The position numbers were made by a program, and so were the translations under genes. From positions 32,001 to 96,000 of IMG/VR virus record IMGVR_UViG_3300025010_000004: a DNA stretch of 64,000 bases; one strand, given 5' to 3'. Positions 37,629 to 47,670 of this stretch are shown piece by piece. Source of the stretch: a virus. The notes beneath the pieces are model-generated. The model did no database searches. It had not been told where the DNA came from and saw nothing but the letters and a program-made list of their open reading frames with translations. How positions within the stretch are numbered: the first letter of the stretch is position 1; each line of letters starts with the position of its first letter.

Positions 37629-37889
37629 TCAGTCGAATCGCACCGTTGCGCCTTTGAAAAGAATACCTGAGCAAACAGTACCGTTAACGCTTGATCCGTT
37701 GGGTGATTTTGCGGAAAATCCCGTATGATAAAAATCATCATCTGAGCAGGCAAAGAAGTTGTAGCCAGTAATTTGAATTTCTTTGTAGCCTTGCGCAGTC
37801 AGAACAGATGTTGCCTTCGATGCATCAGTGCAACCAGATAACAAACAGATGCAGCCCACCAACGTCATTGCCTTCATAGACTTTTTCAT
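37629..37889 (-). CDS. phage lipoprotein
   Basis: Lipobox LSGC; TGY.FF.CS.DD...TGF. Confidence 0.75.
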   Translation of the reverse strand: MKKSMKAMTLVGCICLLSGCTDASKATSVLTAQGYKEIQITGYNFFACSDDDFYHTGFSAKSPNGSSVNGTVCSGILFKGATVRFD

Positions 37890-37913
37890 GTGTTTTCTCC
37901 TTTTATTGTTTAT

Positions 37914-38180
37914 TGCCTAGCTACCCAGCCTAGAGGAATCAGATGGCCAATCTACTAATGCCAAAGACCTTTACCTAGGATTTGAAAGACCTTTAAACTT
38001 TTCCACCTGAACTCTAAGGGTAAGACGCCTGAATATTGAGAGTTGAAGCCTGATCTTTAAGCTTTGAGCTTTGAAGACGGACGACTTTATAGGTCGTGTT
38101 AGCTTTTATATTCTCGCAATAAGAACGCTCTAACCCTTGCGTTAGGGGAGTAGAGTTTACTGATTTCGGGCAACTAGGCA
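37914..38180 (-). ncRNA. putative 267-nt structured RNA directly downstream of the coiled-coil gene
   Basis: Nested helices TGCCTAGTTGCC/GGTAGCTAGGCA, AATCAG/CTGATT and TCTACT/AGTAGA enclose ~7-nt YTCAAAG-like repeats. Confidence 0.65.
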
Positions 38181-38187
38181 GTGTTGA

Positions 38188-38811
38188 TTATTCCGGTACT
38201 TCTACCTCAGTGATAGCGTTGCTTGTTGAAAGCGCCAGGTCAACTTCTCCCTCGAACTCGAAAATGTACTTCTGTAGCTTTTCGATCTCTTCACGAATAG
38301 TGATCTGGTCGATTATGGAGTAGAGGTTGTTTTCCTTGAAGTTCTCTTCAAACTTCTTGTCGGCTTCGTGGTCAACCTTTCCTTCTTTACCACGCGCCAC
38401 TTTGAGCATTTCGTCAAGCCGCGCGTTGGCGTCTTTGTTACCTGTTTCGATTGCCTTCGATATCTTGCCGAACTGGTTACGCAACTCATTGAGCAACTGC
38501 TTCTGGTACTCAATACTGGACTTTCGCTCAATAGCGTCGGCGACGGTGTAAGTAGTGCCAGCAATATCAACTGTCGTTGTAGCGTTGCTGACGACTATGA
38601 TGGCCTTGATCTTGTTGCGCCTATCAACAAGAGCGGTAACTGAATCGTAGCAGCCTTTGATCGTTTCCTTTACCTTTGCCTCATCAGTGAACCCTGCCGG
38701 TAGCGTCTTACCAACTTTCAGCGAGACGAATATACCGCCTGCAATTCCATGCTCGATGCGCTTGCCGAGCGTCTTCAACTCTACCAACAGTGCTGCGATT
38801 GACTTCTTCAT
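38188..38811 (-). CDS. long coiled-coil protein (possibly DIP1984-like)
   Basis: SIA.LL.ELK.L.KRI...SNA.T.V.IAG..YTVADAI.RK...EVD.ALS.SNA.T; family recalled from memory. Confidence 0.6.
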   Translation of the reverse strand: MKKSIAALLVELKTLGKRIEHGIAGGIFVSLKVGKTLPAGFTDEAKVKETIKGCYDSVTALVDRRNKIKAIIVVSNATTTVDIAGTTYTVADAIERKSSIEYQKQLLNELRNQFGKISKAIETGNKDANARLDEMLKVARGKEGKVDHEADKKFEENFKENNLYSIIDQITIREEIEKLQKYIFEFEGEVDLALSTSNAITEVEVPE

Positions 38812-38849
38812 TGATTGTTACCTCCTGAGGTTTGATTGTAGAACAAGTT

Positions 38850-39185
38850 CTACCTGTTAACTATAGTGTTGTAAAGTTCATCCGGCGTCAGTTCTCTGTA
38901 CCTTCCAGTAGGGTTAGCGCTATGTATATTCTCATATTCAAACATACGAGGCTGCGCACATATTTCAACAGCTGATACTTTAGCAGCCTCAATTGTGTCC
39001 TCCAAATCCTGATCGTCGCCGGACAGTGTGGTAATGTACTTACCGATCATGTCCTTTTGCATCTTAACAGCGCAGTCACGTTCGTACTGCGTAACTAGGT
39101 GGCTCTCCATGCGCCAGATAGGAGTATCATTTGAGCACCCTTGCACCATAACTGATACTGCTAAGATTAAAATAAATAGTTTCAT
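38850..39185 (-). CDS. putative lipoprotein
   Basis: Lipobox VQGC. Confidence 0.65.
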   Translation of the reverse strand: MKLFILILAVSVMVQGCSNDTPIWRMESHLVTQYERDCAVKMQKDMIGKYITTLSGDDQDLEDTIEAAKVSAVEICAQPRMFEYENIHSANPTGRYRELTPDELYNTIVNR

Positions 39186-39526
39186 ATCCTCCCCTTCGCT
39201 ATCGCCTTAGATAATTCAAGGGTTGACAAATTCCTACTAGCAACCCTACGCCGCATGGAATTGGCTACAATTTGGGCACGGAAATTGGACGGCTCGGTAT
39301 GGTCGTAGTTATTATTCACGTAAATCTCGCAGCCTCTTACTGTTACAGTTACATACTGCCCAGCCAGTGCATGAGACACATGACTCGGTTTATGAACAGG
39401 AGGATTGCAAATATCACAGATTGATTTCTTTGAAGGTGTTCCACATCTTTGGCACGTCATGGCCCCGCTCAAATTCTTGATGATAACATCATCTCTCACT
39501 GAATAGTCAAGCGCAATTGTTTCCAT
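39182..39526 (-). CDS. hypothetical Zn-ribbon protein
   Basis: CQRC...CDIC; RBS after the palindrome. Confidence 0.55.
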   Translation of the reverse strand: METIALDYSVRDDVIIKNLSGAMTCQRCGTPSKKSICDICNPPVHKPSHVSHALAGQYVTVTVRGCEIYVNNNYDHTEPSNFRAQIVANSMRRRVASRNLSTLELSKAIAKGRI

Positions 39527-40103
39527 TACGATGCCCTCCTAAGGCGTCTGTTGAGGTAGAACAAGTTCTACCATGTGCTGTAAAGCCCTCATAATTAGTG
39601 GTAACATTTTTAAAGCTGAGTGAGGATACACTTCGACGCTAAATTAGCGCTGGGTATACGTCTGCGCTAAATTGGACGTAACTATGCCCAATTATTTAGA
39701 TAGTACAGTACAAACGTTGCGGTTGATTGGTTTAGCAGGAGGTTAAATATTTATCTACATGATGGGAGTTATACGGTGTGAAGAATTCTACGGTGGGGGA
39801 TACTATGATGGAGAATCGCCGGAAGAATGAAGAAGATTTTAGACGCTTCATTAGGGAGAGTTTGGTGGCACGGGCTATGAATTTCTTATTGCAAAGCTGG
39901 ATGAATTGGTTTTTGAGGACTTTTGTGGACTGGTACATGGGTGAGGCCTCCTTGGCTTTCGCCGGTCAGTGCCTGGTTGTACAATTACAACCAAGGCTAT
40001 ACTACACCGCTTTTGTTATCTCAGAGCGGCAACTGAGGTTCCCGCAACGGATTGTGGCAACATAAGTTACCCACGCTCCCTGCGGTCAATCGTTATACTT
40101 TAA

Positions 40104-40559
40104 TTAGAAAGGAAATACCATGGAAACTACTATTGGGCGTCTTCTGTTGTCTGCAAGCTCGCTTCCCAATCCTCCTTTGCTGTTTAGATAAACAACTGTG
40201 GCTTGGAGAACAGCTACACTTCCCCAGATTGTGCGTCGTATTGTTTTGGATTCTACGTAACTTGCGGCAGCAGTGGTTATAGCACACCCAGCAAAGTAAA
40301 AGTATATTCTGTCGTCGCTAGGGTGCTCTCCTAATGCTGCGTTGGATTCATACTTATTTCGCCAGTTCTTAATGTCTAAGGTTTGCCCTAAATCATCGGC
40401 AAGCAGTTTAATAGCATTGCCTAACATAACCTTATCCACCAATTCAAGCTGGTTTGATTGCAATTTTAGTGTAATCTCATCCTCAGAAAATGAATGGGTA
40501 ACTGAGGATAATAGAAGCGCTGTTGTCACTACTGCATACTTCCAGATAGTCTGAAACAT
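40104..40559 (-). CDS. putative exported/membrane protein
   Basis: Signal peptide from ATG 40559; C-terminal F. Confidence 0.55.
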   Translation of the reverse strand: MFQTIWKYAVVTTALLLSSVTHSFSEDEITLKLQSNQLELVDKVMLGNAIKLLADDLGQTLDIKNWRNKYESNAALGEHPSDDRIYFYFAGCAITTAAASYVESKTIRRTIWGSVAVLQATVVYLNSKGGLGSELADNRRRPIVVSMVFPF

Positions 40560-40582
40560 TATACACCTCCTTACACATTTCA

Positions 40583-41041
40583 TTAAAGGTTAAGCATTTT
40601 GCGCATGCTCGCAAAAATTTCTTCGGCGGTTCCTGTGAAGGTAACAACCATTTGTGCGCCCTTTTGCTTCTTATCTACGTGCGGTTCTTTAGATGACTCC
40701 TTCTTTTCCTTTATATGCTTTTCTATAGACTGCTTTAAAGGAGTCCCAGCAGCCCTAGCAACCCACCCGTGTGACTTATTTACCCAAATGTTCCTTATTC
40801 CGTCTGACTCTATTTCTTTCCTGAGTACAGCTGGACTATTAAACGATACGGCTGCCTTGCCCATTTTCTCGGAAGACGGATATCGCCAGTAGCGTTCACG
40901 ATCATCTCCTGTGTTATGCTTGTAGGCTACGATAAGCATATCACCGTTATCAAGCCTAGCACATATCTCTTTAAGAGTCATGTCCTGCTCAACATTAATT
41001 GCTATAGACATTTTACCCATGTTTACAATCATCTTTTTCAT
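40583..41041 (-). CDS. hypothetical protein
   Basis: ORF track, RBS AAGGAG. Confidence 0.6.
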   Translation of the reverse strand: MKKMIVNMGKMSIAINVEQDMTLKEICARLDNGDMLIVAYKHNTGDDRERYWRYPSSEKMGKAAVSFNSPAVLRKEIESDGIRNIWVNKSHGWVARAAGTPLKQSIEKHIKEKKESSKEPHVDKKQKGAQMVVTFTGTAEEIFASMRKMLNL

Positions 41042-41082
41042 TGGCTACTCCTTTGCTGTAGTCATGCTGTTGATGTGGCCAT

Positions 41083-41352
41083 CTACCCCTTTACAAGTTT
41101 TAGCTTAGGCTTCCTTATCCACCATATACGGTGTGCGGTACGCCTAGCCTTTGCCTCGTCCTTCTTATTCTCAGTTAGCCACTTAACGCCCAAACACTTC
41201 TTATGGATTATTATGTCCTTGTAGTCAGGCTGCTTGACATACACCATATCAGAGCAGTTCCCAACCTGGCCACACCCGTTACACCTAACCTGCTTCTTAT
41301 CATCTTCTATTTCAAACCATGTCGTAACTTCAACTTTGTCTTTGGCTTTCAT
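41083..41352 (-). CDS. small Zn-binding protein
   Basis: CNGC...HKKC. Confidence 0.55.
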   Translation of the reverse strand: MKAKDKVEVTTWFEIEDDKKQVRCNGCGQVGNCSDMVYVKQPDYKDIIIHKKCLGVKWLTENKKDEAKARRTAHRIWWIRKPKLKLVKG

Positions 41353-41517
41353 AAGTCACCTCGTAAGATGTAGAAGATGTTCTACCTATCGTAAAGCTTG
41401 TCTGATATTGATTCAACAAAATTCTCGTCTTCGGCGTAGTACTCCCCGAACTCGTGAAGGAAGTGCTTAAGGAATTCTATTTCATCGTCTGTAAAGAATA
41501 TTTTTCTGCCCACGTAG

Positions 41518-42183
41518 TTACCTCTCTTCTGGTGGTCTATATCCAATCTGCAAAGCGCGGAATATAGATTCCTCTGTTGGAGTTATAAGTTTGCCATTAG
41601 GCGTAAATATACCTTTCTCCGATAACTTCCACCCTCTGCGCTTAGCTTCTTCGCGCATAAGTATGTTTAACCTAGCGGAGCCAGTCCTGTATAGCAACTG
41701 CGGCGCCCAATCTTCTTCATCGACTCTGTTGATATCGAGAGGGACTTCTTCCCAGGTTCCTCTTAATGTAACTGGGCCGTTAATCTTAACTTTAAACTCA
41801 TTCTGACCTACCATGAACTGTTTGAACCGTTCAAATGTATCAGCGTCAGTCTGGAGTATAATATCTACGTCCTTGGAGTCAGGAAGGAGCCTCCTATAGG
41901 AGCCTACAACTTCCCACTTGCCACCTGTCCATTCCAGCATCGGTACTATTTCTGATAATACTTCATCTATTCTAGCGCGAGTTATACGCAGCTCTTTTAC
42001 AGCCTGTAAAGTAGGCTTAGCAGGTAGTAATTGCAGATGTTTGCAAGTACCACGAAACCGAAACCCTTCGCAACTACAGTGCCAGTGTACCTTTTTCTTT
42101 GTGAGAGCATACACTTTCCCATCCCACCTCTCCACTTTATATTCCGTGTCAGACACGGGTATGAGTCGGTATCCGTATAGCAT
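41518..42183 (-). CDS. minimal X-family DNA polymerase with N-terminal SWIM Zn finger
   Basis: CSC......TCKH; GSYRR...DVD; YRTGS..N..MR..A...G.KLSE.G; Y.PPEER. Confidence 0.85.
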   Translation of the reverse strand: MLYGYRLIPVSDTEYKVERWDGKVYALTKKKVHWHCSCEGFRFRGTCKHLQLLPAKPTLQAVKELRITRARIDEVLSEIVPMLEWTGGKWEVVGSYRRLLPDSKDVDIILQTDADTFERFKQFMVGQNEFKVKINGPVTLRGTWEEVPLDINRVDEEDWAPQLLYRTGSARLNILMREEAKRRGWKLSEKGIFTPNGKLITPTEESIFRALQIGYRPPEER

Positions 42184-42195
42184 TGGAAGCCTCTT

Positions 42196-42648
42196 TTACC
42201 ACTTTAGGATAGGAGTATACCCGAGCGACTTTATCTCAGACATTTCTTCCTCAGTGGGAATGCCTACGTACAAGTTAGTGTTATACGAACACAACTCACG
42301 CATTCTCTTCGCTATAGCAGCATCATACTTCCACACTGTATAGATTCCATCGGCGAGCATCACAAGCACATAGCTTGCTCTTGTTAACTCAAGCACCGGA
42401 TCTACGTTGTGGGCTATTACTTTCAGAATGTTAAGGTGTGCCTCAGCAACCTCAGTAGTCTCTGCCAAACCCCCGTGAAAGTTGGCTGAAAGAACTACTG
42501 TAAAGTCTGGGATGTGCAACAAGGCGTCTGCCTGCCACATCCTACCCTTAGCCTTAGGCGCTCCAGGAACCATCTTGAGATGAGAAGCAACCCTCGCCCC
42601 TCTAAGTAGTAGCGACTGGTAGTAATTTGGATGCTTTTGGACGTTCAT
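42196..42648 (-). CDS. hypothetical protein
   Basis: ORF track. Confidence 0.55.
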   Translation of the reverse strand: MNVQKHPNYYQSLLLRGARVASHLKMVPGAPKAKGRMWQADALLHIPDFTVVLSANFHGGLAETTEVAEAHLNILKVIAHNVDPVLELTRASYVLVMLADGIYTVWKYDAAIAKRMRELCSYNTNLYVGIPTEEEMSEIKSLGYTPILKW

Positions 42649-42678
42649 TGTGAACTCCTTTGTAGGGTAGAATATGTT

Positions 42679-43371
42679 CTACTTCGCTATAATTAAACTA
42701 ACAGCGTTGTCCGCTATAGCAGTAAAATCTATAGTGCATTCCGCCGCCGCCCTCGCCGCCGCGCTCGCCGCGCTCGCCGCCCTCGCCGCCGCCTCCGCCG
42801 CGCTCGCCGCCCATCCCGCCTCCGCCGCCCTCGCCGCCGCCTCCGCCGCCCTCGCCGCCCATCCCGCCTCCGCCGCCCTCGCCGCCCATCCCGCCCCCGC
42901 CGCCTCCGCCGCCGCCCCCGCCGCCTCCTTGGAAGGGGTTATAGCGTATTGTTTAGCAGCGTTTATTGCTTCTCTAACGCGCGTATCTGAAGGGCGTGTG
43001 TCTTCGAATACACTAAGTACTGACTCAGCGCAAAGCGCCGCAAACATAGTTCTTACTTGTGCATCAATAGCGCTACCTACCCACGTAGGAGAACTTAGTT
43101 CACGTAAGGTGGTAAGTTTAAAGCACCCGACTTTACCAAAATCACTACACACTACTTTACCGGAAGCTTCCCATAGTCTAGGACTGTGTATGTTAGCGTG
43201 TATAGGATTGAGAAGGAATGCTAAGGTTGCGTTACTATAAGCGTGTAACACATCTGATGAGCAAAGACTGGGGTTGTCTTTTTTATTTTTCTTATGGGTG
43301 ACATTTTCGCCCCAGACTGTTGTTTTGTGGTAAGTTGTGTTGTCCTGTTCAGTTAGTTTGAAAAGTTTCAT
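42679..43371 (-). CDS. phage protein with Imm5-like helical segment and Ala-rich repeats
   Basis: CAE.VL..FE...P.D.RVREAI.AA followed by AARAAEAGW repeats. Confidence 0.65.
   Translation of the reverse strand: MKLFKLTEQDNTTYHKTTVWGENVTHKKNKKDNPSLCSSDVLHAYSNATLAFLLNPIHANIHSPRLWEASGKVVCSDFGKVGCFKLTTLRELSSPTWVGSAIDAQVRTMFAALCAESVLSVFEDTRPSDTRVREAINAAKQYAITPSKEAAGAAAEAAGAGWAARAAEAGWAARAAEAAARAAEAGWAASAAEAAARAASAASAAARAAAECTIDFTAIADNAVSLIIAK
42741..42927. repeat. GC-rich coding tandem repeat (Ala-rich)
   Basis: Repeats of ccgccgccctcg / cccatcccgcct. Confidence 0.9.
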
Positions 43372-43415
43372 TTTATCTCCTTACGGTAGAATATGTTCTA
43401 CTTCATGACACTTAA

Positions 43416-43670
43416 TTATACTTGAATATCTAACAAGCCTTTACGCGCTTCCTCCATACTAATTGAGTGCCTATGTGCCCCTCTTTCAAGATTAGCTCTT
43501 ATCATTACCCGTCTGATAGACGCACCACGTAATACTTTTGTGTTTCTATATCCAAGTAACTTATAGAGGTAGAACCTTATAAATGATACCTTGAATGGAG
43601 TCCCTATGCCGCCGAAATAGTCAAACGCAACGCCTCCACTTCGATGTAAATAATAGTCGTATCTCTTCAT
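43416..43670 (-). CDS. hypothetical protein
   Basis: ORF track. Confidence 0.5.
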   Translation of the reverse strand: MKRYDYYLHRSGGVAFDYFGGIGTPFKVSFIRFYLYKLLGYRNTKVLRGASIRRVMIRANLERGAHRHSISMEEARKGLLDIQV

Positions 43671-43691
43671 TTAAGCCCTCGCTAATTAGCT

Positions 43692-43766
43692 TGGCGTCCC
43701 TTACAGGATTTGAACCTGTGTCTCTCGCGTGAAAGGCGAGTGTCCTGTCCACTAGACTAAAGGGAC
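43692..43766 (-). tRNA. tRNA-Glu(UUC), CCA encoded
   Basis: GTCCCTT/AGGGAC acceptor, CTCGC-CTTTCAC-GCGAG anticodon arm, GGTTCAAATCC. Confidence 0.92.
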
Positions 43767-43770
43767 GTAT

Positions 43771-44160
43771 CTACGCTGCATCGTCTGGCTCTTCATCCCA
43801 GTACTTTGATATATCGGCTTTCTCTTTTTCGGTGGCGTCAGTAACAGAAAGCAACTTCCTAAGAATTCCGTAGAATTCGTCTGCTTCCTCTGCTACAACT
43901 CCGCCATCTACGTTGTCCAGCCAATAATCTATTGTCTTAAACTCTGCTAGTGTTAGCAGAGGTTTTTGCGCGCCTGTAGAAGATATAGCTTTAAGCGCTC
44001 TATTGTAAGAATCTACCTCTTGCTGAAGTTCCTCTAGGTGTATTGATAACTCTCCAAACCTAACAAACATAGAGTCTCCGTCTTTATCCTTGTGGGACTT
44101 AACTAAGTGCTTGCGTATAAGATCGCGAGACTCTGTAATCCTGGACTCAGACAACTTCAT
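43771..44160 (-). CDS. hypothetical protein
   Basis: ORF track, strong RBS. Confidence 0.6.
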   Translation of the reverse strand: MKLSESRITESRDLIRKHLVKSHKDKDGDSMFVRFGELSIHLEELQQEVDSYNRALKAISSTGAQKPLLTLAEFKTIDYWLDNVDGGVVAEEADEFYGILRKLLSVTDATEKEKADISKYWDEEPDDAA

Positions 44161-44373
44161 TTTACCTCCTGATAGAAAAGAGTTAGTAACCGCTACTTAG
44201 CTTACGAGGGCCTCGGATTTCGCACCCAACCATTAGAAATGGCCTTGTAGTTTGGCGGGCCGGAGCAGGCCCGCATTTATTCAGTTGTATGTTGGTGTAT
44301 GTTAGAGCATTGTTATACACCTCCTTTCTCTATGCCGGAAAGGAGTCCAGCAACTCAAGTGGTAGAACATGTT

Positions 44374-44613
44374 CTACTTACTACAAAACTGCCTAACTGC
44401 ATTAACTACTTTGACGTAGGCGTAGCCTGTGAAGTAATTGTTGGCCACTTCTTTCAGAAACTTCTTGGACGGAGCTGTGGTAACGTCCATCTTTAGGTGC
44501 GCAGACAACGCACTCTTGAATTCTTCATCCGTCATTTTACCATCAACGAACTCTCTCATTATCTGCTTGGTCATTGGTTGACTCATGGCCTTATCCCCAT
44601 GCTCATAAAACAT
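44374..44613 (-). CDS. hypothetical protein
   Basis: ORF track; stop lies inside a palindrome. Confidence 0.5.
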   Translation of the reverse strand: MFYEHGDKAMSQPMTKQIMREFVDGKMTDEEFKSALSAHLKMDVTTAPSKKFLKEVANNYFTGYAYVKVVNAVRQFCSK

Positions 44614-45039
44614 GTTTTTATAGGGGTTACAAAACAGCCCCTAAGCAGCTGACTAACTTTTAATACTCAGCATACGCAGTTTGCAATAGGGTGTCGGCAT
44701 TCAGCACAACAAATTCCCCTGGTTTCATCGACCTTAATCTTTATTGCAACTGGCTTAGGCATATTAACTATAGCCTTAGCAAATTCTTTAATCGACTCCT
44801 TTTTTCTCTTTCGACGTTTCTTTTCTTGCTGGGACATTACGCCCTCCTTTGGGCAATAGGCTACCGCGAAGTATCCTTATTTCGAGTTAACCCTTACCGA
44901 GAAGGTAGCACCGGAGCGAACAACCACAGACGTTGATTTCTTCTTTCCTTTTTCCGCCAGTTGGCAACCTAGCGCCTTTTCCAGCATAGCAACCACTGAT
45001 GTAGCCATGACATTTCCCTCCTTGGATTAATTAAATTAG

Positions 45040-45444
45040 CTACCTCTTAGAGGCAACTTGAATAGTCTTCTTGTCTACTTCTTTACCATCTTCGTCTCTG
45101 ATAACTACGGTTATGTACGTGGAACCGCGTTCCTTGACAGCTACGGTATGCGTCATAGGGACATATTGCTTAATGTGCTTTACAACATCTCCTAGAAGGA
45201 AGAAAGACATTCCATCCATGAAGTAGCTACGACTCGGAACACGCTCAACATCTTCGTGGCCGACGTTTATGATATGATTCCAGTTGCCAGCGGGAATGCT
45301 GTGTACAGGATCATACATATACACTCTTAGATGCTCTTTGGCAACCTCAAGAACCAGGCCAGTACCTCCTATGAGGCTGGTGGAGTAATCGCCATGGTAC
45401 TTTAGGATTCTAACTGCTGATCCTTTCTTAATGTCTGGGTTCAT
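45040..45444 (-). CDS. hypothetical protein
   Basis: ORF track, RBS AAGGAG. Confidence 0.6.
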   Translation of the reverse strand: MNPDIKKGSAVRILKYHGDYSTSLIGGTGLVLEVAKEHLRVYMYDPVHSIPAGNWNHIINVGHEDVERVPSRSYFMDGMSFFLLGDVVKHIKQYVPMTHTVAVKERGSTYITVVIRDEDGKEVDKKTIQVASKR

Positions 45445-45844
45445 GATGTGCTCCTTGCTATTTATTTTTAAGCACCAAAGAACTTTCTTTCCGCTTCTTT
45501 CTGCTTTCTGGCTGACTTACGATCTACCTTGCTCATAACGCCTCCTTAGTCATTGAATGTGTGCCATGATAACCGACCATGCAGAAGGTAGAACATGTTC
45601 TACCTAACTTATGTTGTTTGATTTCATTTTCAAAGCTTCTTGTAGGGACTAAGGTAGCCTTGAAAATAACATCAAAGGTATTTTGGAGGCAGACTATTAG
45701 CGGTCTGCCAGCGCACCAGCGACAACTGGAAACAGTTTTAAGTCATGCTTAGGACTATAGCATTGCGCCGGAGCAGCAGGGGGCTACAGCGGGAAGCATC
45801 CATTTGATCGTTTTCATGGTGATTCCTCCTTTCTTTTGGGTTAA

Positions 45845-46069
45845 TTAACAGTATTTACCATCCAAAGGGATGAATGTGACTATGTTTCTAGCGCCGTCTG
45901 GGATATGTTGAAAGTAATCTTGAAGACAGCACACCCAGGCCTCTTCTGTGGTTTTGCTAATACCATGTCCTGGCGTTCTCCAATATCCTTTATCAGTAAT
46001 GTATATGTGCCCTTTAGTTTCTAAGGGAAGGGCTTTAATTTCTTCTTGGGTTAGTGTTTGAGGTGGCAT
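45845..46069 (-). CDS. hypothetical protein
   Basis: ORF track, RBS AGGAG. Confidence 0.55.
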   Translation of the reverse strand: MPPQTLTQEEIKALPLETKGHIYITDKGYWRTPGHGISKTTEEAWVCCLQDYFQHIPDGARNIVTFIPLDGKYC

Positions 46070-46120
46070 TTAACGTCTCCTAAGATGTAAGAAAGCGAGT
46101 AGAACATGTTCTACCTTTAG

Positions 46121-46310
46121 GGTAACATGTAAGGTAAGGTAACTTACCGTTAATATATCTGTTAACCTTTGAGGTAACATGCAAGGTAACATGCAAGGTA
46201 ATATATCTGTTAACCTTTGAGGTAACATGCAAGGTAACATGCAAGGTAACATGCAAGGTAACATGCAAGGTAACATGCAAGGTAACATGCAAGGTAACAT
46301 GCAAGGTAAC
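46121..46310. repeat. 12-bp tandem repeat GGTAACATGCAA (~10 copies, with a 48-bp higher-order duplication)
   Basis: 7.5 perfect units at 46221-46310, 2 at 46173-46196, and a variant at 46121. Confidence 0.97.
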
Positions 46311-47084
46311 GCACTAACTAACCTATCCGTTAACCTTTAAGGTGATGATTAAGGTAATAACCCCAAATCCTACCGACCCTCGGTTTCCCCAAACATTATA
46401 TAGAATATCAATAATAACAAAGTTTATGGGGGTTATGAAACACTACCTTCACCCAAAACAACCAAAACATAAATCCAATTCTCCCCATACCGCCTTGCCA
46501 TATGTGATTTCAACTACTTAGCAACTACTCTCAAGGTCATTTTCAAGGCCACATTCCAGCAATTTTAGGTGCCTCTATTGCCACCTGGGAGTTGAAACCC
46601 AACCGTCCGGAATGTGACCTTGAAAGTGACCTTGAAGGTTATCTTTTAAAAACCTTCAAGGTCAAGGTAGAACATGTTCTACCCACCGAAAATCAACTCC
46701 ACCTCCGCTAGCGCACAATTAGCCTTTTATCAGGAACTACGATAACCGGCACGATAAGGCCCCGAGCTATAACCCCGTCCTTGAACAGGTTGAATTCATT
46801 TCTGGTATTGGACATAATGCGGTGGATTTTCTCTTTGCCTCTTAGCAGGTCTTTCATTTGCTTCCCTCCTAGGTTTGTGAGGTAGAACATGTTCTACCTT
46901 TTAGTTGTTGGTTTGTTTCTGAAGTAGAGAGTCGATGCGATGCACACAACGGTACACCACGCTAAGAACAATAGCGTTTCTTCTAGGGATGTGAGATGTG
47001 GCATTTGGTAATCCTCCTTATTTTTTAATTAAAGCCGAAGGCGGCTAAATTAAAAAATTATAATGTTCAAATCAAAAATAAAGC

Positions 47085-47200
47085 TTGACAAAATCGCAAA
47101 AGTGTGGTATAATAGAGGCATATCTTGAGTGAAACGAAAGATATGCGGTTATAGGTTTATAAGCCTTTAGGTATGCCTTACCCTAAACCTTAACCTATCT
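47085..47200 (+). ncRNA. promoter + GA/GAA hairpin cassette, copy C
   Basis: Promoter identical to copy A; GCATATCT-TGAGTGAAACGAA-AGATATGC. Confidence 0.5.
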
Positions 47201-47670
47201 ATATTTTCGTGCCGATTCCTGAATGATTCCGAAGGGTTACACAATACACTAATGATTACGGGTATTTATGTGTAGCCTTTATCAGCTTTATTAACCTTCC
47301 AGGCACCTTCAATGTTACCTTGCAATTTATTCAGGCGTAGCCAAGTAATGTGCAAGGTAATGTTGAAGGTAGAAATCAAGTTACTTTCCTTTCAAAGGTA
47401 GAACATGTTCTACCTTCATAGCTTCTGTTTTAAGGCGCAAAAAAGCCGATCTAACGCAATTATAGGTCAGTACCTGGGCATGGATACCCAAGATATGGCT
47501 ATAGTGGTTAGAATCGGCTTGTGGCTTTTTCATAGTTAATTTCCTTATAGCCCTTGTTTCGGCTATTTAGTGTATGTGGTTTATGCTTCAAATTTGACTT
47601 GTAAGGTAATTTGATTAATCACCTTAGCATGAGCTAGAGTAACTAATCAAGTGACCTTACAGGCATGGTT

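Noticed and set aside
39778-40065. Plus-strand 95-aa ORF in an intergenic gap
   Set aside because: No recognisable motif or promoter; cannot be supported or excluded by eye.
42698-42889. Poly-Gly ORF
   Set aside because: Alternative frame of the Ala-rich repeat.
46070-46304. MLPC/HVTL repeat ORFs
   Set aside because: Translation artefacts of the 12-bp tandem repeat.
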